In this document: in pieces, positions 29,747 through 39,252 of the stretch
How the letters are laid out: each line of letters starts with the position of its first letter
How positions within the stretch are numbered: position 1 is the stretch's first letter
From: an uncultured Verrucomicrobiae bacterium
GTDB taxonomy: Bacteria > Verrucomicrobiota > Verrucomicrobiia > Chthoniobacterales > Chthoniobacteraceae
Direction: 5' to 3'
NCBI GenBank assembly: GCA_963836755.1
Contig: CAWIKF010000002.1
Coordinates: 2,016,001 to 2,080,000, forward strand
Length of the DNA: 64,000 nt
The notes under the pieces: model-generated
The model's input: only the letters and a program-made list of their open reading frames with translations
What the model was told of the DNA's origin: nothing
Databases searched by the model: none
Made by a program: the position numbers and the translations under genes

Positions 29747-32700
29747 TCACGGCTGCCGCTCTTGAGAAAAAAGCCACGGCAGAAGCTCCGGTTCGCTGAA
29801 ACTTTTTGTCCCGATATCATGGCCCGCGCCGGCGTATTCGGTGTAGCGCGGCTTCGCGTTTTCGGCACGAAGCGCTGCGATCATTTCGCGCGCGCGCGCG
29901 ACCGGGACGTTCGGATCCGCGGAGCCGTGGAACTCCCAAAGCGGGAGCCGCAAGACACTCGCAACTTTGTCGGGCTCGCCGCCGCCGCAGATTGGAATGG
30001 CCGCAGCAAACTTGTCGGGATAGCGCGTGATCAAATCCCACACGCCGTATCCGCCCATCGAAACCCCGGCCACGTAGATCCGATTTTTGTCGACGTTGAA
30101 TTCCTTTTCCACCGCGTCGACGATTTCCATCGCCAGCTTCTCCGGCTCCGCGACTTCGGGTCCCGTGTGATAAGGCATGTGCTCGGGCGTCGCGCCCGCC
30201 CAGCCAAACGGCTCGGTTTTTGATTGCGACGGACATTGCGGCACCACGACGAAGCATGGAAATTTTTCGCGATTTTCCGGCTGCGCCAAAACCTCAACGC
30301 CGTTTTTGAGCTGTCGTTCGTTGTCGCTGCCGCGCTCCCATGAGCCGTGCAAAAAGAGGACGAGCGGATACGATTTTTCCGGATCGTAAAATTCCGGTTT
30401 CAACAACCGATACGGCATCGTCTGTCCATCGCCGCCGTGAAAAACGCGCCCCTCGAAAATGTCGGTCAGCTTTTCGCCCGGCTTCGGCGCGAGCGGCGGT
30501 GACAGCGGATCGTGCAGCGCCACGCCGACCGCGCTCCTGTAGTCGCCGCTTTTCGCGTAAAGCCACGCGGCCTTGTCGACAAACCACGGCGGCGCATTTT
30601 TTTGCACGGCGATGGCGTCAATGATTTTGCTGCTGCGTTCGGCATCGCCTCGCAGCGCGTAATCGGCCGCCAGCGCCTGCGCGTTGACGACATCGGACGG
30701 ATGCGCAAACCAATTCGCCTCGAGCGCCTCTGTATGCGGGCGATTTTGCGAGGGCGGAAAGGCCGGCTCTTGGATGCGTGCGGCGAGCACGCGCCACGCA
30801 GCCGCGTCATTTTTCCAATGATGCAGCAGCTCCGCCCAAACTTCAAAGTCGCTCGCGGCGAGATCCGGATGCGCTTTCATCCATGCCTCGAGCTGCGCGG
30901 CGGTGCCCCATTTCGCAGCCGTGGAGTAAAAGTAGCGCACTTCAAATGGCGCGAGATTTTGCGCGGCGCCGCGAATTTTCCACCACTCCTCATAAGCCGC
31001 ACGAGCTTCCGTGGGATCGGAAACGGACTCGGAATAAATTCCTAGAAACTCTGGATGCTCGCGCGCAAAAGTTGCCCAAAATTTTGGCGAAGTCGCCGCG
31101 GTTCGTTGGTAGGCGATTGGGAAAATTTCCTGCGCACGATGTCCCGCGCGCTCAAGCGCGAGAGCCCAGAAATGCAGTGAAATGCCGGGCGAATATTGGC
31201 CGCCGATCCACGCCTGCGTCGCCGGAAGCTGCCATGAAATCGGATCAAGTTTGTCGGCAATACGGAATTCATCCCAGCCTCGCGAAGTCTGCCCATGCGT
31301 CAGGAAACGAAGGCCCAGCGCCTGATGCAAATTCGCGTCCAGCGGAAAATAGCGGATCTCGTTCTCGAGCTCATCGGCCGAAACAAGCGTCGGCGTCGTC
31401 GCGCTCGCGTGCAGGATTTTGTCGAGCGAAACCGGCGACCATGCTGGCACAACGGTCAGGATCGGCAGCAGCCAAAAACCGCCGATGGCGAATGGAAGAA
31501 AACATGCGCTCCTCGCGAGCGGACGCGGTTCGGTGCGCGCGCGCAACGGACACGCGATCGCGAGCAGTGCGAGGCCGAATCCGGCAGTCGCCCAATGATG
31601 CGCGGGCACGTCGTAAATCGAATGGCAAAGCAGCGCAGCGAATCCGGCGAATGCACCTGCGCGAACGAAAAATCCACCGTCGCTGGAAAAAAGTTCGCGC
31701 AGATTTTTTCCCAAAAAATAAATGAGCGCGATCGTCGCGATTGCGACGGGCAGCGCGCCGAGCTCGACGAGCCAAAGCAGCCAGCTGCTTTCCGGATGCA
31801 GGACGATCGCGTCGTCGAGCCGGACGGTTGCGAAGAATTGAAAAACTTGCGTGAAAGTATCGAGGCCGAATCCGCACAGCGGCGCGCTTTTCCACATCGC
31901 GATCGTGTCCTGCCAGATGTGCCAGCGAATGTTTGTCGGCAAATTTCCGTCCGCTGGATTGTTGAAACGCGCGAGCAGATTTGAACCGAATGCGAAGAGC
32001 AATCCCGTGCTCACGAATAATGTCGCGAATGCAGTGCCGATCGCTGCGAGTGTCGGTTTTTTCGCGACCGCAAGGATTCCGAAAACGAGCAGCCCAACGA
32101 GAAATCCGATCAATCCGCCGCGCGATTTACTTTCCAGCAGCGCGACAAAAATAATCGCAATGAGCAGCAGGCCCGCAATGAAAAAAAGATGCTTTTTTCG
32201 CCGCGCTGCGCGAGCCGTGCAACCGCATCCGGCAAGCGCGCCCATCGCGAGGAGCGCGGCGGTGTGGTTGCGATTTGGAAACGGCCCGTAGCCCGTCCAG
32301 CCCGGCGTGTAGCGCCAGCCGTAGATCATCCAATCGGTGCGCGTGCCGAGCAAAAGACAGACGAGGGCAAAAATCGCCGCGGCCAAAAAGAGCATCCACG
32401 CGAGCGCGAGACGGTCGCGATGATCCTGCGCGAGCGCGCGGGTCCAGACGAAAAATGCGCCCGCGACCGCGATCGTCAAGATCACATCGAGTGCGCGAGC
32501 AGGCTCCGGATTATGCGTCGGAGGAAGCGCGATCTGATAATCGCGGGTCAAAACTGTGCGCCAATTTTCGCTGCCAAACCATGCCGCCGGCAGAAATTCC
32601 ATGGCCACGACGGCGATGATGAAAAGAAGAATCCCGAGATGCGCCCAGCCCCTGCTTTTTGGAAAAGCTGGCGGCGCGGCGAGCATTCCGAAGCCCAAAA

Positions 32701-32812
32701 GTAGCGTCAGCCCGATCTGAAAAATCCGGTCCGACGCGCCAAAAAGAAGCGGCCCGGCGAGCACTAGAATCGCGAAGATCGCGAACGCGACCTTGCGATT
32801 CACCGCCGCCAT
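29747..32812 (-). CDS. O-antigen ligase (Wzy_C) family protein with helical/TPR-like region fused to a C-terminal alpha/beta-hydrolase
   Basis: GPFPNRNH, SKSRGG, RWHIW, HPESSWL; C-terminal PYRL, LVLFLHG, GVSMGG, HGSAD, GH. Confidence 0.85.
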   Translation of the reverse strand: MAAVNRKVAFAIFAILVLAGPLLFGASDRIFQIGLTLLLGFGMLAAPPAFPKSRGWAHLGILLFIIAVVAMEFLPAAWFGSENWRTVLTRDYQIALPPTHNPEPARALDVILTIAVAGAFFVWTRALAQDHRDRLALAWMLFLAAAIFALVCLLLGTRTDWMIYGWRYTPGWTGYGPFPNRNHTAALLAMGALAGCGCTARAARRKKHLFFIAGLLLIAIIFVALLESKSRGGLIGFLVGLLVFGILAVAKKPTLAAIGTAFATLFVSTGLLFAFGSNLLARFNNPADGNLPTNIRWHIWQDTIAMWKSAPLCGFGLDTFTQVFQFFATVRLDDAIVLHPESSWLLWLVELGALPVAIATIALIYFLGKNLRELFSSDGGFFVRAGAFAGFAALLCHSIYDVPAHHWATAGFGLALLAIACPLRARTEPRPLARSACFLPFAIGGFWLLPILTVVPAWSPVSLDKILHASATTPTLVSADELENEIRYFPLDANLHQALGLRFLTHGQTSRGWDEFRIADKLDPISWQLPATQAWIGGQYSPGISLHFWALALERAGHRAQEIFPIAYQRTAATSPKFWATFAREHPEFLGIYSESVSDPTEARAAYEEWWKIRGAAQNLAPFEVRYFYSTAAKWGTAAQLEAWMKAHPDLAASDFEVWAELLHHWKNDAAAWRVLAARIQEPAFPPSQNRPHTEALEANWFAHPSDVVNAQALAADYALRGDAERSSKIIDAIAVQKNAPPWFVDKAAWLYAKSGDYRSAVGVALHDPLSPPLAPKPGEKLTDIFEGRVFHGGDGQTMPYRLLKPEFYDPEKSYPLVLFLHGSWERGSDNERQLKNGVEVLAQPENREKFPCFVVVPQCPSQSKTEPFGWAGATPEHMPYHTGPEVAEPEKLAMEIVDAVEKEFNVDKNRIYVAGVSMGGYGVWDLITRYPDKFAAAIPICGGGEPDKVASVLRLPLWEFHGSADPNVPVARAREMIAALRAENAKPRYTEYAGAGHDIGTKSFSEPELLPWLFSQERQP

Positions 32813-34164
32813 TTCGTGATCGCCTTGACGTAAATCGGCCGGAAACATTCCGCGATGCGGTTCCACTCGGCACGCGTGCCGATCTCGCGCGGCGCGTGCA
32901 AAGTCCAGGGTTTGCTGCCGTTATATTTCACGTGGATTTTCAAAGTTTCTTCATCCGTCCAGTCGCCGTCCTCCAAAAAACCGACGCGGCGCAGCGACTG
33001 GTCAAACACGCGCCAAAACTCATCGGCATCGCCGCAACGTTCAACCTCGAGATCGAGAATCTGCGCTTGCAAAAGTGCGTAGCGCACGGTGCGGCGGCGC
33101 GAGAAAAGCCGCTCCACCTGCCCGCCGACATCGGTGAAGCTACGGACGTATTGCAAGTAGCGAACCGCAAAGACTGCGAGCAGAAAAACGGTGCCGAGCG
33201 CGATCGGAATCGTCCGACCTTGACTCCAGAAAATGCTCAGGCCGATGACGCTCAAGACAAGGCAAATGCCATACATCGCGAGCACGATCCGGCGCTTTGA
33301 AAAACCGAGATCCTCGAGCCGGTGATGAATGTGTTCATCGTCGCCCTGGAAAAGCGGAAAGCCGCGAAACGCGCGGCGCGTCAGCGCGAAACTCGTGTCC
33401 AGAATTGGCACGCCGAGCGCGACGACGGTGACCATCATGACAGCGGCGATGGAACCTTTTTGTGAACTCGTGAGGGACAAGGCCGCGATGCAAAAACCAA
33501 CCATGTAAGCGCCGCCGTCGCCGAGAAAGATCCTCGCGGGCGGGAAATTGAAAACCAAAAATCCGAGCAGCGCGCCCGCCATTGTGAATGCATACCACGC
33601 GACCTGAAGCTGCTCCGCCATGAGCCCGACGATTCCAAGCGTGAGCGCCATAAACATTCCGAGGCCGCCGGCGAGGCCGTCAAAACCGTCGATCAAATTC
33701 ACGATGTTCGGCACGGCGATCAGCCAGAAAATCGTGAGTGGCAAACCCCACGCGCCGAGTTCCACATCCCATGCGCCGCCGGGATAGGTCATGCGCTCGA
33801 TGCGCAGCCCGAGCGAATAAACGACCGATGCGATCACAATTTGGACGGCCAATTTTTTGCGCGCGCCGATCGGCTTAAAGTCGTCCCACAAGCCCAGCGC
33901 GCACATCGCGAGCGAGCCGATCAGGATCGGAGCCCAATCGCTCGCGGCGCGAAAATTTTCAGAGACGATGACGAAAATTCCGAGCGAAAGCGCGAGAACG
34001 ATCGGCATGCCGCCGAGCCGCGGGATGCTGCCGGAATGGCGTTTGCGGTTTTCGTTTGATTCATCGAGTCCGATCTCGCCGCGCTGTGCGAGACGGATGA
34101 CCCACGGCGTCGTGAGCACCGACACGAAGAAACCGAGGAGGAAAAGTAGGAGCGCGACAATCAT
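32800..34164 (-). CDS. MraY/WecA family polyprenyl-phosphate sugar-1-phosphate transferase
   Basis: IPRLGG, GLWDD, NLIDGFDGLA, FLGDGG, DDEHIHHRL. Confidence 0.9.
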   Translation of the reverse strand: MIVALLLFLLGFFVSVLTTPWVIRLAQRGEIGLDESNENRKRHSGSIPRLGGMPIVLALSLGIFVIVSENFRAASDWAPILIGSLAMCALGLWDDFKPIGARKKLAVQIVIASVVYSLGLRIERMTYPGGAWDVELGAWGLPLTIFWLIAVPNIVNLIDGFDGLAGGLGMFMALTLGIVGLMAEQLQVAWYAFTMAGALLGFLVFNFPPARIFLGDGGAYMVGFCIAALSLTSSQKGSIAAVMMVTVVALGVPILDTSFALTRRAFRGFPLFQGDDEHIHHRLEDLGFSKRRIVLAMYGICLVLSVIGLSIFWSQGRTIPIALGTVFLLAVFAVRYLQYVRSFTDVGGQVERLFSRRRTVRYALLQAQILDLEVERCGDADEFWRVFDQSLRRVGFLEDGDWTDEETLKIHVKYNGSKPWTLHAPREIGTRAEWNRIAECFRPIYVKAITKWRR

Positions 34165-34242
34165 ATTCAGGCCCTCTGCGGGAACCCGGCGGCGGCGAAC
34201 GTAAAGTAGGTGATCCCAAATTGGCCCATACCCGACTGGTTC

Positions 34243-34258
34243 AGCACGGAGGATGCCA
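34243..34258 (-). promoter_or_regulatory. Sigma54-type promoter of the wecA-like/ligase operon
   Basis: Minus strand TGGCATCCTCCGTGCT (GG-N10-GC). Confidence 0.65.
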
Positions 34259-34276
34259 TTCGCGCTTCGGAACCGC

Positions 34277-34316
34277 AAGCGCTTCGCTCGCGCGCGAAGC
34301 GCTTCGCTCGCGCGCG
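34277..34316. repeat. Exact 20-bp tandem duplication
   Basis: aagcgcttcgctcgcgcgcg twice. Confidence 0.9.
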
Positions 34317-34317
34317 G

Positions 34318-35391
34318 TCAGCGGCCGAGTGCGAGCAGCAAAGTCCGCCACTTTTCAAGGCCGGCCGCACGCACTGCTGCAGCATCAGATATTACCGGCG
34401 TCATTGGCGGGGAATCTTCCAGCCAGTCCGCGATTTTTTCCGCATCGCCTGGCGCGAATATTCCTGCTTGAGGCAAGCGACGAAGCTCATCCGCGATGGC
34501 TCCATTCGGTGGCCCGACAAACAAAATGCGGCCGGGCAAGGTGCGGATCAGCGCGAGTTTGCTCGGCCACAGCAAGCCCTGTGTTTGCGGCCTTTGCGTG
34601 ACCATCAGCACCTTCGCCGCTCGGAGCGAATCCTGCAGTTCCGCTTCCGGCACGTAATCTTTCCAGGAACAGTTTTTGAGGCAAAGTTCCCGCGCACGCG
34701 CCTCCGCAAGCGGCCGCGACGGGCCGCCGCCTTGAAAAATCAACGACCAGTTTGAGCCACGCTTTTCCAACAACTGCTGCGCTTCGAGCAAAGTTTCCCA
34801 TTCGTGCGCGCGCCCGAGATTCCCGGAGTAGAGCCAAACCGGAGCCATCGCTTTTGTGACACGCTGAGGTTGTTTCTCCATCATCGGCGCGACCACCCAA
34901 GGAGCGATCGATTCGCTCTCCGCACCATAATTTTTCACCCGCGCCTGCATATCGGCATCGAGCGCAACGATCAAATCGCTGCGCCGGTAAGCCCAACGCA
35001 TGAGGCTTTCAATAAAACGCGTGAAGCGGCCTTCCCGCACCTCCCCCAACGCGATAGCGAGCTCTGGATACATGTCGAAAAGCCAATGCGCGGATTTGGC
35101 GCCGTGCCGCATCGATACAAGGGTCGCGACTAACAGAAGCAGTGGCGGCGAAGTCGCAGAGACCACCACATCGGGACGCTCCGCGCGCAGACCGAGCCAG
35201 AGAATTTCAAGCAGACCGCGCACTTCACGAAGCGCACGGCCACCTTTTTTCGCACCGCGATATTTTTGCCCGGCGGACACAAAATCGACCGCGTGCCCGT
35301 GCGCAGCCAAATCGTCGGCGACTTCGCCCAACAACAGTCCAGTCGGCGCCGGATCAGGTGGGAAGTATTGGTTGAGAAAAAGAAATCGCAC
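34318..35391 (-). CDS. Glycosyltransferase family 4 (WcaI-like)
   Basis: LNQYFPPD, TSPP, DMYPE, YSGNLGRAH, PSK. Confidence 0.85.
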   Translation of the reverse strand: MRFLFLNQYFPPDPAPTGLLLGEVADDLAAHGHAVDFVSAGQKYRGAKKGGRALREVRGLLEILWLGLRAERPDVVVSATSPPLLLLVATLVSMRHGAKSAHWLFDMYPELAIALGEVREGRFTRFIESLMRWAYRRSDLIVALDADMQARVKNYGAESESIAPWVVAPMMEKQPQRVTKAMAPVWLYSGNLGRAHEWETLLEAQQLLEKRGSNWSLIFQGGGPSRPLAEARARELCLKNCSWKDYVPEAELQDSLRAAKVLMVTQRPQTQGLLWPSKLALIRTLPGRILFVGPPNGAIADELRRLPQAGIFAPGDAEKIADWLEDSPPMTPVISDAAAVRAAGLEKWRTLLLALGR

Positions 35392-35454
35392 GCTCAGCGC
35401 AGCTCTTTTAGTCGCCGCCGCAGGATTTCCCAGCACTGATTCGCGGCGCGGCGC

Positions 35455-35470
35455 TGGCATAAGCTCTGCT
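35455..35470 (+). promoter_or_regulatory. Sigma54-type promoter of the first PPTase-like gene
   Basis: TGGCATAAGCTCTGCT (GG-N10-GC). Confidence 0.62.
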
Positions 35471-35510
35471 ATTCCCGAGCGCGAAACAAAGCCTTCATTC
35501 TTAAACCGAA

Positions 35511-36179
35511 ATGCCGCGACTCCTCAACTTTCCCGCACTGCGCAACTCTGCGCCGGATTGGACGCCGGCTCCCGACACTCCTCCATTGCGGGATCGCGAA
35601 ATCCATGTCTGGCGCGCGAATCTGGATGACCATCGCTTTTACGGATTGCCCGCCTCGCTCTTGTCAGCAGCGGAAATTGTCCGCAGCGCGCGATCGGATG
35701 ACCCGCTAGCGCGCGCCCGCAACCTCACGATGCACGCAATGCTGCGGAGCGTGCTCGCGCGATACACGCGCCAGCCGGCATCAAAGTTAAAGTTCGCTCG
35801 CGACTGTTCTGGCCGGTCCGTTCTGGCATTGAGCACGTTGAAGTTCAATCTGACCGCAGCCGATGATCTCGCACTGCTAGCCGTGACGCTCACGGATGAT
35901 ATTGGGCTGGACCTCGAGCGCATTCGCGAAGATCTGCCATTCGACGAAATGGCCGCGCATTTTTTTGAACCGCGCGATCATTGGTCGATTCGCACCACAC
36001 ACTCCAGTCGGGACAAAGCCGCGCGATTTTTTCAACTGTGGACCAGCCAAGAGGCGGCTCGCCACGCCGGCGGAGTCGGAAGTGCCGCTGCTCACCGATT
36101 TTCTCCCTCACAAGGCTTTGCCGCGGCCGTCGCCACTAAATCGCGTGAAAGTTTCCTGAAGTTCTGGGACTGGAACTAG
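35511..36179 (+). CDS. Sfp-type 4'-phosphopantetheinyl transferase-like protein, degenerate motifs
   Basis: IHVW, IGLDLE retained; FNLTAA and WTSQEAARHAGG deviate from FNxSHS and WxxKEAxxKAxG. Confidence 0.75.
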   Translation: MPRLLNFPALRNSAPDWTPAPDTPPLRDREIHVWRANLDDHRFYGLPASLLSAAEIVRSARSDDPLARARNLTMHAMLRSVLARYTRQPASKLKFARDCSGRSVLALSTLKFNLTAADDLALLAVTLTDDIGLDLERIREDLPFDEMAAHFFEPRDHWSIRTTHSSRDKAARFFQLWTSQEAARHAGGVGSAAAHRFSPSQGFAAAVATKSRESFLKFWDWN

Positions 36180-36301
36180 CTTCGCACTTCACCCAACCTG
36201 AAATGGCTGTTCGCACTTCCATTTAGGTCTGCTAGAACTAAACCAATGAACGCAATTTTTCCAAAACCGTCAGCCGTCATCGGCGCTAAAAGCGCTGTCG
36301 C

Positions 36302-36317
36302 CGGCACAAGGACTGCA
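36302..36317 (+). promoter_or_regulatory. Sigma54-type promoter of the PPTase-wzm-wzt operon
   Basis: CGGCACAAGGACTGCA (GG-N10-GC); so close to ATG 36324 that GTG 36330 may be the true start. Confidence 0.5.
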
Positions 36318-36323
36318 TTCTAA

Positions 36324-37004
36324 ATGGCTGTGACTCTGGACGAGCATTTTACACCGACAACAGAAGAGCTAAAAGCCGGTGAAGTCCACGTGTGGAAAGC
36401 TGACCTCGATGCGCCGTCGGCTCAGCTTTTTTTTGACGTGCTTAACCGAGAGGAACAGGACCGGGCGGCGCGCTTTGTTGATCCACTGATTGCTGCGCGC
36501 TATCGATCCGGCCGAAGCTTGCTTCGACTAATCCTTTCACACTACTTATCAGTATCTCCGGGAAACATTTCCTTCTCCGTCGGTCCATTCGGAAAACCCT
36601 TCGTTGAAGGTGCCTCACTTCACTTTAATGTCAGCCATTCCGGATCGATGTTTGTCGTTGCACTTTCACGCCAGGAAGTTGGCATCGACCTCGAAAAGGT
36701 TTCCGATCGCGTCGATTATGACGCCATAGCCGACGCTTACTTTGCTGCCGAGGAAGTGAAAGAGCTTCGCGAGTTTCCGCCACAGGCGCGGCAGGAAAAG
36801 TTTTTTCAAATGTGGACTGGCAAAGAAGCTTTGTTGAAAGCTTTGGGCGTTGGAATCGGGCAAGGATTGGAGGTAAACCCGCAAAAGCATTCGTGGAACG
36901 TTCGCGGGATAAGCGCACCTAAAGGCTATGTCGCTGGACTAGCCTTTCATGGGGACGACGTGGTTGTGAAAACCTTCGAATGGAGTTTGAACAAAGCCAC
37001 ATGA
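36324..37004 (+). CDS. Sfp-type 4'-phosphopantetheinyl transferase
   Basis: GKP, FNVSHS, VGIDLE, WTGKEALLKALG all intact. Confidence 0.92.
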   Translation: MAVTLDEHFTPTTEELKAGEVHVWKADLDAPSAQLFFDVLNREEQDRAARFVDPLIAARYRSGRSLLRLILSHYLSVSPGNISFSVGPFGKPFVEGASLHFNVSHSGSMFVVALSRQEVGIDLEKVSDRVDYDAIADAYFAAEEVKELREFPPQARQEKFFQMWTGKEALLKALGVGIGQGLEVNPQKHSWNVRGISAPKGYVAGLAFHGDDVVVKTFEWSLNKAT

Positions 37005-37876
37005 GTCACAGCGCGCAAGACAACTATGAAATCATCATCGAGCCAAATCGCGGTTGGATGCATATTGACTGGAATGCCCTTTGGGATTACCGGGACCTGC
37101 TCCTGTTGCTCGTGCGCAGAGAGTTTCTGTCGAAGTATAAGCAAACGGTGCTCGGCCCCGTCTGGTTCGTAATCAGTCCTTTACTTACCACCGCAATATT
37201 TGCCGTGGTATTTGGAAAAGTCGCTCAGATTCCGACCGATGGTCTGCCGCCCATTCTCTTTTATTTGTGCGGCCTGCTCAGCTGGAGTTACTTCTCGCAA
37301 GTTGTCACCACCGGTGCGGCTACCTTCCAATCGAATGCCGCAATGTTCTCAAAGGTATATTTCCCTCGTCTGACTGTTCCTTTGTCGATCGTCATCGCGA
37401 CTCTTTGTGCCTTTGGGTTGCAGTTGGTAACCTTCATCGGCTTTTACATATACTACAGACTTTTCGTTCCATCCGCCGCAAACCTTTCCCTGGACTGGCA
37501 TGTGGTTCTCATACCTCTCTTACTCATTCAGACTGCCGCTTTAAGTTTGGGTGTTACGCTCTGGATGTCGGCTGCCACTGCTAAATATCGTGACTTAATG
37601 CACTTGAACCAGTTCATCATGCAACTTTGGATGTATGCTACTCCGATCATCTATCCGATTTCAAAGATGGTGGCGAAGCTGCCCGCAAAGTGGGATTGGG
37701 TAATAGGCTTGAATCCAATGAGCACGGTCGTCGAGGGCTTCCGCCTCTGTCTGCTCGGAAGAGGAACTATCGAGCCAGCTTATGAGATCTCCTCATTAAC
37801 CATCACCCTACTGGTTTTTCTCACAGGAATCATGATTTACCAAAAGACGGAGCGCACAGTCGCTGACGTTGCTTAA
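37001..37876 (+). CDS. wzm: Polysaccharide ABC transporter permease
   Basis: KYKQTVLGPVW, KVYFPR, YRDL, TPIIYP, NPM; ATGA overlap with the PPTase. Confidence 0.92.
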   Translation: MSHSAQDNYEIIIEPNRGWMHIDWNALWDYRDLLLLLVRREFLSKYKQTVLGPVWFVISPLLTTAIFAVVFGKVAQIPTDGLPPILFYLCGLLSWSYFSQVVTTGAATFQSNAAMFSKVYFPRLTVPLSIVIATLCAFGLQLVTFIGFYIYYRLFVPSAANLSLDWHVVLIPLLLIQTAALSLGVTLWMSAATAKYRDLMHLNQFIMQLWMYATPIIYPISKMVAKLPAKWDWVIGLNPMSTVVEGFRLCLLGRGTIEPAYEISSLTITLLVFLTGIMIYQKTERTVADVA

Positions 37877-37877
37877 G

Positions 37878-39251
37878 ATGACAAAGCCGATTGTCGAAGT
37901 AGAGAAGCTATCGAAGCTGTATCAGCTTGGTGATATAGGTGCCAGCAGCTTGCGCGATTCCATGGAAAGCTGGTGGGCCGGAGTTCGCGGTCAACGTCAC
38001 AAGCTGGCTGCGCGGCGCGCGCAGGACATGTTGATCGCGCCTGAGCGCGTGGGCCCGCGACCAGATACATTTTGGAGCTTGAAGGACATATCTTTCAACG
38101 TCCAGAAAGGAGAGGTTATCGGGATCCTCGGCCGAAACGGTGCAGGCAAGTCTACTTTGCTCAAAATACTCTCGCGAATCACGGAACCTACGGCCGGACG
38201 AGCAGTGGTGCGGGGGCGCGTGGTTTCGTTGCTTGAAGTGGGCACCGGATTTCATCCTGAACTGACGGGGCGTGAAAACGTTTTCTTGAACGGCGCCATT
38301 CTAGGAATGAAACGCGCTGAGACAGCACGTAAGTTTGATGAGATCGTCGCTTTTTCCGAAGTAGGTGCTTTCATCGATACTCCCGTGAAGCGTTACTCCA
38401 GCGGCATGTATGTTCGCCTGGCATTTGCGGTCGCTGCGCATCTAGAGCCGGAGATACTCATGATCGATGAGGTCCTTGCAGTAGGCGATGCGGCCTTTCA
38501 GAAAAAATGTTTGGGTAAGATGAGTGAGGTCCGGCAGCAGCATGGTCGCACAGTATTCTTCGTCAGTCATAACATGGGGGCAATTCGTTCCCTCTGCGAG
38601 AGCGCGATACTCATCGATGCTGGCCACCTCGCAATGCACGGCACTCCTCAAGATGTAATTAGCCATTACCTTTCTTCCACGATTTCAAAGCAGAACGAAA
38701 GCGAGGGCCTTATATTTTGGAATGCAGACACAGAACCTGCACCGGGAACTGATGAAATCTGTTTACGCGGAATAAAATTGATCGGCGGCCAAGGATTGAC
38801 TCAAGCGGTGTTTGAAGCCGACCAGCCGATCAAGGTTGAAATCCACTATCAGGTGCTTTCACGATTGCGTGGCATACGCTTTAAACTATCCGTCATGACC
38901 CAGGAAGGTGAAATCGCTTTTGTGGCGACGGATCATTCATTTCAGCAGGAAATGCAGACGCCTGGAATGTATCGGACCGTCTGCCAAATTCCCGGCCGCC
39001 TTCTTAACTGCCGCGACTACCTTCTGAGTATAAGTTGTGAGATTCCGGGTGAAAGAATGTTGATCGCGCCCGGAGAGTATTTGGGTTTTACTATCTCAGG
39101 AGCAGGCAACCAATCCAGTCATTTCCCAGAAGTCTGGCCGGGCGTCGTCTGCCCAAAAGTTGAATGGCTCGTGGAAAAACTTGATACCAATGAGTTCTTG
39201 GAAAACATCCGCCGGGCTTCTTCATCGCTTGAGCCTTTAGCCCAGAAGTAA
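37878..39251 (+). CDS. wzt: Polysaccharide ABC transporter ATPase with Wzt C-terminal domain
   Basis: GRNGAGKST, YSSGMYVRLAF, DEVLAVGD, C-terminal beta domain. Confidence 0.93.
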   Translation: MTKPIVEVEKLSKLYQLGDIGASSLRDSMESWWAGVRGQRHKLAARRAQDMLIAPERVGPRPDTFWSLKDISFNVQKGEVIGILGRNGAGKSTLLKILSRITEPTAGRAVVRGRVVSLLEVGTGFHPELTGRENVFLNGAILGMKRAETARKFDEIVAFSEVGAFIDTPVKRYSSGMYVRLAFAVAAHLEPEILMIDEVLAVGDAAFQKKCLGKMSEVRQQHGRTVFFVSHNMGAIRSLCESAILIDAGHLAMHGTPQDVISHYLSSTISKQNESEGLIFWNADTEPAPGTDEICLRGIKLIGGQGLTQAVFEADQPIKVEIHYQVLSRLRGIRFKLSVMTQEGEIAFVATDHSFQQEMQTPGMYRTVCQIPGRLLNCRDYLLSISCEIPGERMLIAPGEYLGFTISGAGNQSSHFPEVWPGVVCPKVEWLVEKLDTNEFLENIRRASSSLEPLAQK

Positions 39252-39252
39252 G

